A stretch of 64,000 nt of DNA from Tepidisphaera sp. (GCA_050916045.1 CP051526.1:928001-992000), one strand, 5' to 3'. Positions 18,751 to 28,721 are shown, counted from the stretch's first letter. The notes: generated by a model not told the origin, from the letters alone. A program made the numbers and translations.

Positions 18751-20331
18751 ATGAATAAGCGTTCGAAGCACTGGCTGCTCACCTTCTGGCTGATCGGGCC
18801 GTTCGCGGTGGTGGTGCTTTTGGTGGTGGTGATCGCGTACCGGGATCCGTCGTCGGTGCGGATGGTGGCGCCGGCGGTGGGGGCGGGAGCGGGCCGCACG
18901 GGCGGGGCGAACGCGATCGGCGAGCTTCTCGCCGGGAACAAGCCGACGCACAACGCGCAGGCGGCGAACGCGGATGAGTTTGGCACGCAGTCGCGGAGGG
19001 AGGAAGGCACGGACTCACGGAGTCCCGGGGTCGCGAAGAGCGGCGAAGAGGGAGGACAGCCCGCGGGCGAGTCCAAGCTCGTCGCGCCCGAGTCGTTGCC
19101 GCAGGGTTTCATCCTGGTGGTGGAGGACAAAGCCCGTCGCGCGACGCAGACTTCGCCGATCTACCTGGCTTCGAACCATTTCGGGAAGTGGAACGCGGGG
19201 GCGAAGGAGTTCATGCTGACCGCGCAGAGCGACATGCGGTGGCGGATCGAATTGCCGCAGCCGGACGCGTGGAAGGATGGGAAAGCGGGTGCGCCGCTCG
19301 AGTTCAAGTTCACGCGCGGGTCGTGGGAGGTTGAGGAACTGAACGCGGACGGGTCCAAGCCGGGGAACCGCACGCTCGCGAAGATCGACGCGTCCAAGCT
19401 TGCGGCGGGCGAGAAGCCGCTGATCGAGATCAGCGTGGCGATGTGGGGGGACATGGTGTCGGGGTACAAAGCGGCGGCGGGCGATGAAGCCCACGTGCCG
19501 GTGAAAGCGACGGGGGATCTGCGGCGGCTTCAGATTGTGGGGGGGAGCGGCGGGGCGGAGGGCTCGGTTCGCGAGTGCTTGGTGTGGCTGCCGGCTGGGT
19601 ATGACGATGCGGCGAACGCCGGGAAGAAGTACCCGGTGCTCTATGTTTTCGACGGGCAGAACCTCTTCGAGAAGCACGGCGGCATCCCGGCCGAGTGGGG
19701 TGCGGACGAGACCGCGACGAAGCTGATCGCGGAGAAGAAGGTGGGCGAGTTCATCATCGTGGGGATCCCGCACGGCGGAGCTTCGCGAATGAGCGAGTAT
19801 CTGCCGGTGGATGCGATCCCCGGTGCGGCCAAGCCGGGCGGGAAGGCGTTCATGGAGTTCGTGGTGACGCAACTCAAGCCGCGCGTGGAGCGTGCTTTCC
19901 GGGTGGAGACTGACCGTGCGAAGGTCGGCCTCGGCGGGAGCTCGCTGGGTGCGGCGATGGCGATGTACGGGGCGATGGAGTATCCGGAGCAGTTTGGCTT
20001 GGTGCTGGCGGAGAGCTTGCCGCTGCGGACGGGGGACGCGAAGGCGTGGAAGACGTGGCTTGACACGAGCGCTGCGAAGCGGGCGGCGGACAAGAAGCTA
20101 CCGGTGCGTGTGGCGATCGGCTACGGCACGCTGGAGTATGGCAAGGACGCGTCGGCACCGGCGGTGAACGAGCTGTACGCGAAGGATGTGGCGGACCTGA
20201 AAGCGACGCTGATCGCGTCGGGGATGAGCGAGAAGGCGGTGGTGGTGACGGCGGTGAAGGACGCGGAACACACGGAGAGCGCGTGGGCGTCGCGGCTTCC
20301 GGCGGGGTTTGAGTTTCTGATGGGGAAGTAG
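18751..20331 (+). CDS. Membrane-anchored alpha/beta-hydrolase (putative esterase) with CBM20-like N-terminal domain
   Basis: N-terminal TM; EFKFTRGSWE; VWLP.GY...YPVLY..DGQNLF; GSSLG nucleophile elbow; AEHTESAW..RL. Confidence 0.85.
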   Translation: MNKRSKHWLLTFWLIGPFAVVVLLVVVIAYRDPSSVRMVAPAVGAGAGRTGGANAIGELLAGNKPTHNAQAANADEFGTQSRREEGTDSRSPGVAKSGEEGGQPAGESKLVAPESLPQGFILVVEDKARRATQTSPIYLASNHFGKWNAGAKEFMLTAQSDMRWRIELPQPDAWKDGKAGAPLEFKFTRGSWEVEELNADGSKPGNRTLAKIDASKLAAGEKPLIEISVAMWGDMVSGYKAAAGDEAHVPVKATGDLRRLQIVGGSGGAEGSVRECLVWLPAGYDDAANAGKKYPVLYVFDGQNLFEKHGGIPAEWGADETATKLIAEKKVGEFIIVGIPHGGASRMSEYLPVDAIPGAAKPGGKAFMEFVVTQLKPRVERAFRVETDRAKVGLGGSSLGAAMAMYGAMEYPEQFGLVLAESLPLRTGDAKAWKTWLDTSAAKRAADKKLPVRVAIGYGTLEYGKDASAPAVNELYAKDVADLKATLIASGMSEKAVVVTAVKDAEHTESAWASRLPAGFEFLMGK

Positions 20332-20445
20332 GGGTATACACCCTCATTGCACCGCGAGCTGGGTGTGGAGTTCGGCCTTCAGCGGCCATTGCGAGAGGCA
20401 CGCCTCAGCGGTACGTGGCACTGTTCCGTTCGCGGAGTCGGTGTT

Positions 20446-21873
20446 TTATCGCGGGGTTTCGAACGTGCCGCCGAGGGCGAGGTGGAGGTTGATTCGTTCG
20501 GAGCGGCGGGATTGGCGGAGCGTGATGAGGCCGGACTTGGCGAGGTCGAGTTTGGTCTTGAGTTGGAGGACGGTGAGGGTGTCGGCCTTGCCAGCGTTGG
20601 CTTCGATCTGGCGGAGGCGCAGGGCTTCTTCGGTGTCCGTGACAGCGGACTGCTGGAGGGATTCGCGGAGGGCGAGGGTGGTGTCGGCGGTGAGGGCGTC
20701 TTCGACGTCTTTGAACGCTCGCAGCGCGGTCTGGCCGTAGGCGGCGAGGGCTTGTTCCTGATCGGCGGTGGCGATCTTCACGTCGGCCTGGCGTTGACCG
20801 CCGTCGAAGATGGGTGCGAAGAAGTTGGCACCGATGTTGAAGAAGCCGCCGTTGCCGGTGAGCGAGGCGAGGCCGCTGGTGGTGCCCGCGCCACCGGTGA
20901 GTCCGATCGAGGGGAGGCGGGCAAGCTTCTTGGCTTCCACGTTCATGAATGCGGCTTTGACGCGGCGTTCCGCAGCTGCGACGTCGGGGCGGCGTTCGAG
21001 GACTTCCGAGGGGATGCCGACGGGCACGGGGCCGGGCATGGCGGGGAAAGCGGGGGCTGCGGCAAGTTCGGCACTGGGGTACCGGCCGAGGATGGTTTCC
21101 AGGGCGCGGGTGACCTGCTTCTGGGCGGCTTCGGCGCTCGCGAGGCGATCCCGGGCGGCTGCGAGGTCGGCTTGAACGAGGCGGACGTCCTGCTCGCCGA
21201 GTTTGCCGGCGTTTTTGCGGGCAGTGATGACACGGGCCATCTCGACATACGAGGCGACCTGGTCTTCGGCAAGCCGCTGCTGTTGGAATGCTTCGCTCGC
21301 GAGGAAGTAGGCCTTGGCGGTGGCGGCGGCGATGGACTGGCGGGCGTACTCGAAGTCGAGGGCTGCACCTTGGTACTTGGCGTCGGCGGCTCCAGCCTGC
21401 TGGCGGAGGCGGCCCCAGACGTCGAGTTCCCAGGAGATGTTGAGGCCCGCGCCGCGGCCTGTGGCTCGGACGCCTTCGGCGTTGGATTGGGTGAGGCCCG
21501 AACCGCTCGCGGAGACCACGGGCGTCAACGTAGCGCCAGCGGCTTGGGCCGAGGCGGCGGCGGCATCAAGGCGGGACTTGGCGACGCGGATGTCGAGGTT
21601 GTACTTCAGGGCTTCTTCGACGAGGGATTCGAGCGTGGGGTCGTTGAAGGACTTGAGCCAGTCCGAGGGGACTTGGCCGGACGTGGCGAGGTCGGCGGGG
21701 TCGGCGGTGGTTGTGGGGGTTGTGGGGGTGGTGGGAGTGGCGAAGGTCGCGGGGATGGTCGCGTTGGGGAGGGCTTTGGTCTTGATCTCTTGGCTGGTGG
21801 GGGGTGCCTTCGTGGCGCAGGACATGGGGAGGCAGAGGGTCGCAGCGCTAAGAAGAAGGAGCGGCCTTTTCAT
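20446..21873 (-). CDS. Outer-membrane efflux lipoprotein (NodT/TolC family)
   Basis: Lipoprotein signal; FNDPTL..LVEEAL..N.D, SWELDVWG, PSEVLERRPDV.AAE, PIFDGG, AFKDVEDAL, L.LALGG. Confidence 0.93.
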   Translation of the reverse strand: MKRPLLLLSAATLCLPMSCATKAPPTSQEIKTKALPNATIPATFATPTTPTTPTTTADPADLATSGQVPSDWLKSFNDPTLESLVEEALKYNLDIRVAKSRLDAAAASAQAAGATLTPVVSASGSGLTQSNAEGVRATGRGAGLNISWELDVWGRLRQQAGAADAKYQGAALDFEYARQSIAAATAKAYFLASEAFQQQRLAEDQVASYVEMARVITARKNAGKLGEQDVRLVQADLAAARDRLASAEAAQKQVTRALETILGRYPSAELAAAPAFPAMPGPVPVGIPSEVLERRPDVAAAERRVKAAFMNVEAKKLARLPSIGLTGGAGTTSGLASLTGNGGFFNIGANFFAPIFDGGQRQADVKIATADQEQALAAYGQTALRAFKDVEDALTADTTLALRESLQQSAVTDTEEALRLRQIEANAGKADTLTVLQLKTKLDLAKSGLITLRQSRRSERINLHLALGGTFETPR

Positions 21874-22036
21874 GTGGGGTCCGGGGTAAGGGGTTGAAAG
21901 GGATCTGCTCGCGAAGCGGTCGACCACCGGGGTCAAAGATCGGGCTCGGGCTCACGATGATACAGGCGGTGCTGTTGAGGCGGGTCGCGAAGAGGGATGT
22001 GACGCGATCAGGCCTGAAGGTGCGCAAGAAGGGCAA

Positions 22037-22984
22037 CTAGAACGGCAGCCAGTTTTCCCATGACTTAATACGGAGGATGATCATTCTCACCAGGTCGAGG
22101 TGGCTTTTCTCGCCCGTGTAGACAGCGACCATGGCGTTGGAACCGGCGGGGAGGTTGTAGGCGGAGAGGTCGGATTCCAGGGTGATGGCGACGGGGATGA
22201 GGCCGCGTCTTCCCGCATCGTTGAGGGTGCGGAGTTGGCCCGAGGCGGAGACGGCGCCCTCGGCGAGCAGGGGCTGGATCCCACGGACTTTGGCCTGGAA
22301 GACCTTGCCCGGGAGAGCGTCGAAGGCGACCTCGGCCTGGTCGCCCGCGTCGATGAACTCGATCTGCGTCTGGGTGAATCCTGCGGCCAGGAGGGGGTTG
22401 CTTGTGGGGACGAAGACCATCACCTGGGCGAAGGCCATCGGCATGACGACCTGGCCCGGGCGGATCGTGACCTGCGAGGCGTAGCCATCGGAGGGGGCGC
22501 GGACAGTGGTGGCCTCAAGTTGGTACTTGGCGGCGCGGAGGTCCGCGGTCAGGCGATCGACGTCAGACTGCGCCTTGTCCAGGTCGTTCTGGTTCCCGGC
22601 GTTGTCGGCTTTGAGCCCGAGTTCTTGCTTGAGTTTGATGTCGGCGAGCTTGAGCTGGGCGTCGAGGGAGTCGTAGCGTGCCTGGTAGGGCTCGGGGTCG
22701 ATCTTGAAGAGGATGTCGCCTTTTTGCAGGGGCTTACCCCCCTCAGCGGTGACTTCGATCACGCGGCCGGAGACTTCGGCGATGATCGGGGTGGTGACGA
22801 TGTAGGTCCGGGCGAAGCGGGTGACGGGCTGGTAGCGGGTGAGGAAGATCATGCCGAAGGACAGGGCGGCGATCAGGATGAAAATCGACGTGACCACGGT
22901 CCAGAGGTTGATCGGAAGGAGTTTGAACTTCTTGAAGATGAGCCAGAGGATGAGGGCGTAGATGCCGAGGAGCAGTTCGATCAT
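22037..22984 (-). CDS. HlyD-family membrane fusion protein (YibH-like)
   Basis: EVSGRVIEV...KGDILFKIDP.PY, TVRAPSDG, AEVAFDALPGKVF. Confidence 0.92.
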   Translation of the reverse strand: MIELLLGIYALILWLIFKKFKLLPINLWTVVTSIFILIAALSFGMIFLTRYQPVTRFARTYIVTTPIIAEVSGRVIEVTAEGGKPLQKGDILFKIDPEPYQARYDSLDAQLKLADIKLKQELGLKADNAGNQNDLDKAQSDVDRLTADLRAAKYQLEATTVRAPSDGYASQVTIRPGQVVMPMAFAQVMVFVPTSNPLLAAGFTQTQIEFIDAGDQAEVAFDALPGKVFQAKVRGIQPLLAEGAVSASGQLRTLNDAGRRGLIPVAITLESDLSAYNLPAGSNAMVAVYTGEKSHLDLVRMIILRIKSWENWLPF

Positions 22985-22986
22985 GG

Positions 22987-23316
22987 TTACACACCCTTCC
23001 CTTCTGAGGAAACCTTGGACTCAAGCGCGGCGAGACTGGCTTTGAGGCTGGCGAGTTCGGCGTGCAGGTCGGGACCGGTGCCGGGAGGCGCGAGGGGGTT
23101 GCCGTCCTTCTTGTGGGAGACGGCCCAGATAAAGACGATGGGCCAGAGCGCGTGGAGCGTGAAGAGACTCAGCCAGCAGGCGTAGTGGATGGCTTCTTCG
23201 TGCGGGTGGTGGCGTGAGCGGGCGATACGGTGCGGGATGTCGTGGATGAAGATGAAGATATAGAAGACGGCGACGACGGAGAGAAGGAGCATTCCCAGGG
23301 CGAGGTATTCGAGCAT
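22987..23316 (-). CDS. DUF3302 (YibI-like) small membrane protein
   Basis: IHDIPHRIA..RHHPH.EAI..ACWLSLFTLHALWP..FIWA. Confidence 0.9.
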   Translation of the reverse strand: MLEYLALGMLLLSVVAVFYIFIFIHDIPHRIARSRHHPHEEAIHYACWLSLFTLHALWPIVFIWAVSHKKDGNPLAPPGTGPDLHAELASLKASLAALESKVSSEGKGV

Positions 23317-23474
23317 GGAGGGCCTTTCTCGGATGAAAGATCGCGTACGAAGGGCGAGGAGGGTATGGAGGCAACACCTCCCCCGGCCAGCCGAGTGCTC
23401 GGGTGGGGTGGTCGTGGCGTCTGGCAGCAAAAAGGCCCCGCGCACGATCGCGCGGAGCCTGTGCATTTCCACGT

Positions 23475-23506
23475 CGTCTCTCTGTCTCTCCGTCTCTCCG
23501 TCTCTT
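23475..23506. repeat. 8-bp tandem repeat x4
   Basis: CGTCTCTC TGTCTCTC CGTCTCTC CGTCTCTT abutting the stop codon of the 23508-24170 gene. Confidence 0.85.
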
Positions 23507-23507
23507 C

Positions 23508-24170
23508 TTACGCCGCCAGCTTCATTTCGGCAAAGCCGTTGCCGCCGACGCCAAACTGCACGACGAACTGGTCGCTGGCCTCGCCCGCCTGCGTGCCGCG
23601 GTAGCCCTGCACGATGTACGTCGCGCTGGAGGTGCCGAAGGGGAGGGTGTCGTCGACGAACGACTTGCTGCCGGTGTTGCCGATGATGGTGTACGCGTCG
23701 TCACCGGCGAGTTTGCGGCGGATGTTGAAGTAGACGCCGCTGCTGGCGGCGGCGTTGGTGGCTTTCCACTTGAGGACGATGGCCCCCTCGGTGCTGAGGG
23801 TGACGGCGAAGTCGTTGGGCTGGCCCGGCGCGGGGCGTGGCGCCGGGGGCGCGGGCGGGTCGATCTGGGCGAGCGAGTAGACGGCGGGGTTGTTGGAGGT
23901 CTGTGCGAAGGCGCGGATGGCCTTGACGAGGTCGGCCCCGGAGTTGCGCAGGGCGCCGATGGCGGTGCGGAAGTTGACGGTGGCGGCCTTGGCGGCGTTC
24001 TTGGCGTTCTGCTGGGCGGTGTAGGTGTTGCGGGCGGCCTTGGTGGCGGTGTCGAGGGCGGTCAACTGGGCGGGCGTGAGCCCGATGGTCGCGGGCGCGG
24101 CGTTCCACACGGGGTAGTGGAACTCAAAGAACTGGATGACGTCGAGGTCTTTGACGGGCACTGTGGACAT
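23508..24170 (-). CDS. Hypothetical 220-aa protein: helical N-domain, Pro linker, fibronectin-III-like C-domain, ends MKLAA
   Basis: Strong RBS (AAGAAAGGTGGG) before ATG 24170; P.QP..F.V......IVLKWK.......F.I.RK......F.D..L....ATY.V...R pattern resembles FN3. Confidence 0.75.
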   Translation of the reverse strand: MSTVPVKDLDVIQFFEFHYPVWNAAPATIGLTPAQLTALDTATKAARNTYTAQQNAKNAAKAATVNFRTAIGALRNSGADLVKAIRAFAQTSNNPAVYSLAQIDPPAPPAPRPAPGQPNDFAVTLSTEGAIVLKWKATNAAASSGVYFNIRRKLAGDDAYTIIGNTGSKSFVDDTLPFGTSSATYIVQGYRGTQAGEASDQFVVQFGVGGNGFAEMKLAA

Positions 24171-24245
24171 AAACCCACCTTTCTTTGGCCTGAGGCCGGA
24201 ATGGACCGCCCTCGCGACACACGCCGGGAGAACGGTTGGGGCAAT

Positions 24246-24273
24246 CCATCGGCGGCTGGCGGGCACGGGTTGA
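24246..24273 (-). promoter_or_regulatory. Putative sigma28 (FliA/WhiG)-type promoter
   Basis: TCAA-N16-GCCGATGG on the minus strand, ~75 bp upstream of the FN3-like gene. Confidence 0.4.
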
Positions 24274-24495
24274 GCGGCGGCGCGTCGAAAGGTGGTGTGT
24301 GGGGCGGGTGGGGTGGGTCTGGAGGGAGTGGGTGAGTAGCACGGGCTTCCAGCCCGTGGGCCTCTGGCAGGTGCCCGGCGTGTGAGCTGGCGTGGCCTCA
24401 AAGCCCCCTCCAGAGGGAGGGGGTTGGGGGTGGGTTGTCTTTGCGGTCCTGCCGCCGCCGGAGGGGTTTCGGTGCGGGTATGCTCACGCCCTGTT

Positions 24496-26172
24496 ATGGC
24501 GACCAAGAAGTACGACGATCTGACGCGGGACGAGATGGTGCGCCTCCTTGAGGCGCGGGACCGGCGGGACGCCACGCGCTTCGGGCTGGTGTGGGAGGCG
24601 AACGAGATCGAGCGGGACAAGGCTCTGAACTCGGACTTTGTCGCGATGGATCTGGACGAGAAGCTGTCGTGTGGGCTGGGGGCGGGGAAGGACGGCCCGT
24701 GGAAGAACCTGATCATCGAGGGAGACAACTTCGACGCCCTGCGGTACCTCAAAATGACCTTCGCGGGTCGCGTCAAGTGCATCTATATTGATCCGCCGTA
24801 CAACACGGGGAACAAAGACTTCGTCTACAACGACCACTACGTGGACAAGGAAGACCTGTGGCGGCACTCCACTTGGTGCGAGTTCATTCACCAAAGGTTG
24901 GTGTTGGCGAAGGAACTGTTAAGCGAGAATGGGGTGATATTCGTCTCGATTGACGACAACGAAATTCACACGCTCGGTATGCTTATGCAGCGAGTATTCG
25001 GCGAGTCCAATTTCATCGCGAACATCGTTTGGCAGAAACGAACTTCGCCGGATGCGCGTATCGACCTCGGTCCAGCGCACGACTACGTTGTGGTCTTCGC
25101 ACGAGCGAAGCAACAAGTGCAGTTTGGCACAATGTCCCTCAGCGATAAGCAGAAGGCGGCCTACAAGAACCCTGATAACGACCCGCGAGGGCCATGGGTG
25201 TCCTCTGACTTTACCGCACAGGGTTACCGCCCAAATCAAATGTACAAGATCAAGACGCCGGGTGGCGCAATCTACGAACCCCCGGCGGGTGTGTGCTGGA
25301 AGAACGTCGAGCCCACCTTTCTTCAACTCGTCAAAGACAAGAGAATTTGGTTCGGTAAAGACGGAAAGGCGATGCCAAGGCGTAAGACGTTCCTTTCTGA
25401 GACCGAAGGCATCAAGTCCTGGACTTGGTGGCCGAACACCGAAGTGGGACATAATCAGGAAGCAAAAAAAGAGATGCTTGATGTGTTGCCAGAATCGGCT
25501 GACGAAGCGTTCTCAACTCCAAAGCCTGTGCGACTTGTCCAGCGGATCGTTGAAATGACAACCTCCGGCGGCGACATCGTCCTCGACTTCTTCGCTGGTT
25601 CCGGCACAACAGCCCACGCCGTTCACAAGCTCAACAAGGAGGACGGCGGCAGTCGCCGCGTCATTCTCGTGTCGAGCACGGAGGCGACCGAGGACGAGCC
25701 CAAGAAGAACCTGTGCCGCGACGTCTGCGCCGAGCGGGTCCGCCGCGTGATCAAGGGCTATGGCAAGGGTGACTCCAAAGTCGAAGGACTCGGCGGCGAC
25801 TTCGCGTATCTCCGCACCCGTCGTATCCCCATCGGAGAACTCACCGAGATCGAGCACGATCAGGTCTGGACCGCGCTGCAACTGACGCACTGTCCGACGG
25901 TCGGGTCGTTTGACGACAAGGCCCCGTTCATGACGGCGGAGACGGAGGAGGAGGGGGGCACGCTCTTCTATGTTCCCTCGCTCAAGGCGGCGAACACGAG
26001 GGCCCTCGTCAAGGCGGTGAAGGACGCCCGGTCCGCCGTGCTATACACGTGGCAGCCCGACCTCGCGCGGCTTCGGCTCAAGAACGCGAACAATGTGCAG
26101 ATCGAGGCCGTGCCGCAGGTCTTGGCTCGCCGATTCGGCGTGCGGGGACTTTGGGGTGGGGGGGGAATCTGA
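24496..26172 (+). CDS. mod: Type III restriction-modification methyltransferase (Mod, beta-class N6-adenine MTase)
   Basis: FGLVWE, NLIIEGDN, IYIDPPYNTG (motif IV), FVSIDDNE, FSTPKP, DFFAGSGTT (motif I). Confidence 0.93.
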   Translation: MATKKYDDLTRDEMVRLLEARDRRDATRFGLVWEANEIERDKALNSDFVAMDLDEKLSCGLGAGKDGPWKNLIIEGDNFDALRYLKMTFAGRVKCIYIDPPYNTGNKDFVYNDHYVDKEDLWRHSTWCEFIHQRLVLAKELLSENGVIFVSIDDNEIHTLGMLMQRVFGESNFIANIVWQKRTSPDARIDLGPAHDYVVVFARAKQQVQFGTMSLSDKQKAAYKNPDNDPRGPWVSSDFTAQGYRPNQMYKIKTPGGAIYEPPAGVCWKNVEPTFLQLVKDKRIWFGKDGKAMPRRKTFLSETEGIKSWTWWPNTEVGHNQEAKKEMLDVLPESADEAFSTPKPVRLVQRIVEMTTSGGDIVLDFFAGSGTTAHAVHKLNKEDGGSRRVILVSSTEATEDEPKKNLCRDVCAERVRRVIKGYGKGDSKVEGLGGDFAYLRTRRIPIGELTEIEHDQVWTALQLTHCPTVGSFDDKAPFMTAETEEEGGTLFYVPSLKAANTRALVKAVKDARSAVLYTWQPDLARLRLKNANNVQIEAVPQVLARRFGVRGLWGGGGI

Positions 26173-28665
26173 ATGCCTGCTGTCTCCCTCAAACCGTTCC
26201 AGCAGCGTGCCGTGGAGAGCGCGGTGCGCGTCTTCGCGTACAACAAGACGACGCTGGACGCGGCGGGTCAGGACGCCGATGGAAGGGCGACCGCGATCCA
26301 CGGCAACGGGTACATCTTGATCGAGGCCCCAACGGGTGCGGGCAAGACGCTGATGGCCGGGAGCGTCGTGGAGCAGATGAGCGGGCTGGACAACATCGTC
26401 TGGTTCTGGTTTGCGCCCTTCAAAGGAGTGGTGGAGCAGTCCGCCGCGTCCCTGCGCGAGCAGTTCAAGGGGATGCGGCTCCGAACGCTTGCCGAGGACC
26501 GAAACCCGATCGGCACGCGGGCTGGGGACACGTTTGTCACGACATGGCAGATGGTGGCGACGCGGATCAAGGACCGGCGAAGCGTCCGGCAGACGGGGGA
26601 ACAGAACGAGAGTATCGATGATCTCATCACGTCGCTTCGGGAGATGGGTTTGCGGATCGGGGTGGTGGTGGACGAGGCGCACCATGGGTTTCACGGCGAG
26701 ACGCAGGCGGCGGCATTCTTCCGGACGGTGCTGGACCCGGACTACACGATCCTCGTGACCGCGACGCCGGACGACGAGGACCTGAAGCATCTGGCCAAGA
26801 ACATGCAGGTCGGGAACATCCACCGGATCAGTGTCAGTCGGGCGGATGCCGTCGGGCCGGGGCCGGAGGCGGGGCTGATCAAGAGCGGGATCAAGGCGGT
26901 CGCGTGGCGGGCGGAGGAGGGGAAGGAGGCGCTGGTCGACTTTGAGGCGACCGCGCTCCGCGAGGCGACGCAGTTGCATCGGCTGGTCAAAGCCCAGTTG
27001 AAAGCGGAGGGGATCGCGCTGACGCCGCTCATGCTGGTGCAGGTGGACAGTTCGGCCAAGGGTGCCGAGAAGAGCACCGAGCGTGCCAAGGAGAAGCTCA
27101 AGGCGCTGGGGTTCACCGATGCGCAGATCGCGGTACACACCAGCGACGAGCCGGACCCGTCGTTGCTGGCCATCGCGAACGACGAAACGCGTGAGGTTCT
27201 GATCTTCAAGATGGCGGTGGCGCTGGGCTTTGATGCGCCGCGAGCCTGGACGCTGGTTTCGATGCGGGCGGCGAAGGACGAGGATTTCGGTGTGCAGCTT
27301 GTGGGCCGCATCCTTCGGGTGCATCGACGGCTGCAAGGGCGGAAGATCCCGGACGTTTTGAAATACGGTTATGTGTTCCTCGCTGACTATGAGTCTCAAG
27401 GCGGGCTTGACAAGGCGGGGCAGCGGATCAACCAAATCCAAACCGCGTATGCGAGCGTGAGCCCGACGACGATCGTCGTGCAGGTCGGGAACAGGACGAT
27501 GGTCCAGAAGACGGGCCCGGACGGCCAGACGACGCTCCACCCGGTGCCGCCGGAGGGAGCGGTCTACCGCCCGACGTTTCAGCCATTTGTTCCGCCGCAG
27601 GTCGTTCCGGTCGAGGGCGTGCCGGAAGGGCTCTTCGCGTCGGAGGAATTGGTCGAAGCACCCGACCAGCTGCGCGTGCCGTCGCGGTTGGATGGTGCGC
27701 TCGCCGCCGCGCTCCGGCAGCCCCCTCCGCAGTCGAGATATCGCTACCCGCTTCGCCCGGGCGTGCCGCGGAAGTTCAGCACCCAGGACGTGCCTGAGAT
27801 GGTGGACGTGAGCGAACGCGATATCGCGCACCACTTCCTCATCTCCAGCGATGAGTTGATGCGCGCGATCAACGCATGTGCCGCGGTGAGTGTGCACAAG
27901 CGGACCATTGAGATTTTCACGCAACAGATTCAGCAGGAACTTGCGTTTGCGGCCCCGTCGCCCGAACAGACCCGCCGGATGTCGCAGTCGGTCCTTTGCA
28001 AGAACGGGTATGTCAGTCCGAAGGAGCTGCGGCACGCGCTCTGTGCTCAATTGCAGATTGTTCTGATGGAAAAGGGCTACCCGGAGGCGGCGGACTTCGG
28101 CAAGCTCGGGAACATCTTGGACACGTTGATCGTCGCGCGGCCCGAGGCGCTGCGTGAAGCGGAGCGAAAGGCGTTGGCGAAGGCCATGACGACCGAGGAC
28201 GCCGGCGACCTTCCCGACGCGCTGGAGTCAGAGGAAGCGCTGCCCGCCTCGCGACTCAACGTTTACGGACGGGTGCCCCCCGGTCTCAACACCTGGGAGG
28301 CGCGTTTCGGCGAATACCTCGACGACGACACGACCGACGCGGTCCTCTGGTGGCACCGGAATCTTCCGCACAAGCCGTGGTCGATCAATGTGCTGATGGA
28401 CAACGGACGGGGCTTCTTCCCAGACTTTATTGTCGGGATCAAAAACAGACCCCACCACGATCACGGACTGCTCGCCGACACCAAGTACGCATGGGACAGT
28501 GCCCCGGAGTTCCCGAAGCTTCTCGCGGAGCACCAGCGGTACGGCAAGGCCGTCATCCTGACAAAGGACGCGAGCAAGCCCGGCTGGTACGTCGTGGGCA
28601 TCGACAAGGCGAACAAGGCCGTGATCGAGCGACCATTCAGAATTGCCGAGGCTGCGCGGTACTGA
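26173..28665 (+). CDS. res: Type III restriction endonuclease-like subunit (SF2 helicase + PD-(D/E)xK nuclease)
   Basis: APTGAGKT, VVDEAHH, TATP, GFDAPRA, QLVGRILR; C-terminal FFPDFIV...ADTK; starts immediately after mod stop. Confidence 0.88.
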   Translation: MPAVSLKPFQQRAVESAVRVFAYNKTTLDAAGQDADGRATAIHGNGYILIEAPTGAGKTLMAGSVVEQMSGLDNIVWFWFAPFKGVVEQSAASLREQFKGMRLRTLAEDRNPIGTRAGDTFVTTWQMVATRIKDRRSVRQTGEQNESIDDLITSLREMGLRIGVVVDEAHHGFHGETQAAAFFRTVLDPDYTILVTATPDDEDLKHLAKNMQVGNIHRISVSRADAVGPGPEAGLIKSGIKAVAWRAEEGKEALVDFEATALREATQLHRLVKAQLKAEGIALTPLMLVQVDSSAKGAEKSTERAKEKLKALGFTDAQIAVHTSDEPDPSLLAIANDETREVLIFKMAVALGFDAPRAWTLVSMRAAKDEDFGVQLVGRILRVHRRLQGRKIPDVLKYGYVFLADYESQGGLDKAGQRINQIQTAYASVSPTTIVVQVGNRTMVQKTGPDGQTTLHPVPPEGAVYRPTFQPFVPPQVVPVEGVPEGLFASEELVEAPDQLRVPSRLDGALAAALRQPPPQSRYRYPLRPGVPRKFSTQDVPEMVDVSERDIAHHFLISSDELMRAINACAAVSVHKRTIEIFTQQIQQELAFAAPSPEQTRRMSQSVLCKNGYVSPKELRHALCAQLQIVLMEKGYPEAADFGKLGNILDTLIVARPEALREAERKALAKAMTTEDAGDLPDALESEEALPASRLNVYGRVPPGLNTWEARFGEYLDDDTTDAVLWWHRNLPHKPWSINVLMDNGRGFFPDFIVGIKNRPHHDHGLLADTKYAWDSAPEFPKLLAEHQRYGKAVILTKDASKPGWYVVGIDKANKAVIERPFRIAEAARY

Positions 28666-28721
28666 GCGGCAACGTGGATATCGATCGCTTCATCACATGC
28701 GACGTGTAATCCGATCGCTCC

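Noticed and set aside
25464..25470. A7 tract in mod as phase-variation switch
   Set aside because: Short, in frame and within an AT-richer segment; insufficient evidence.
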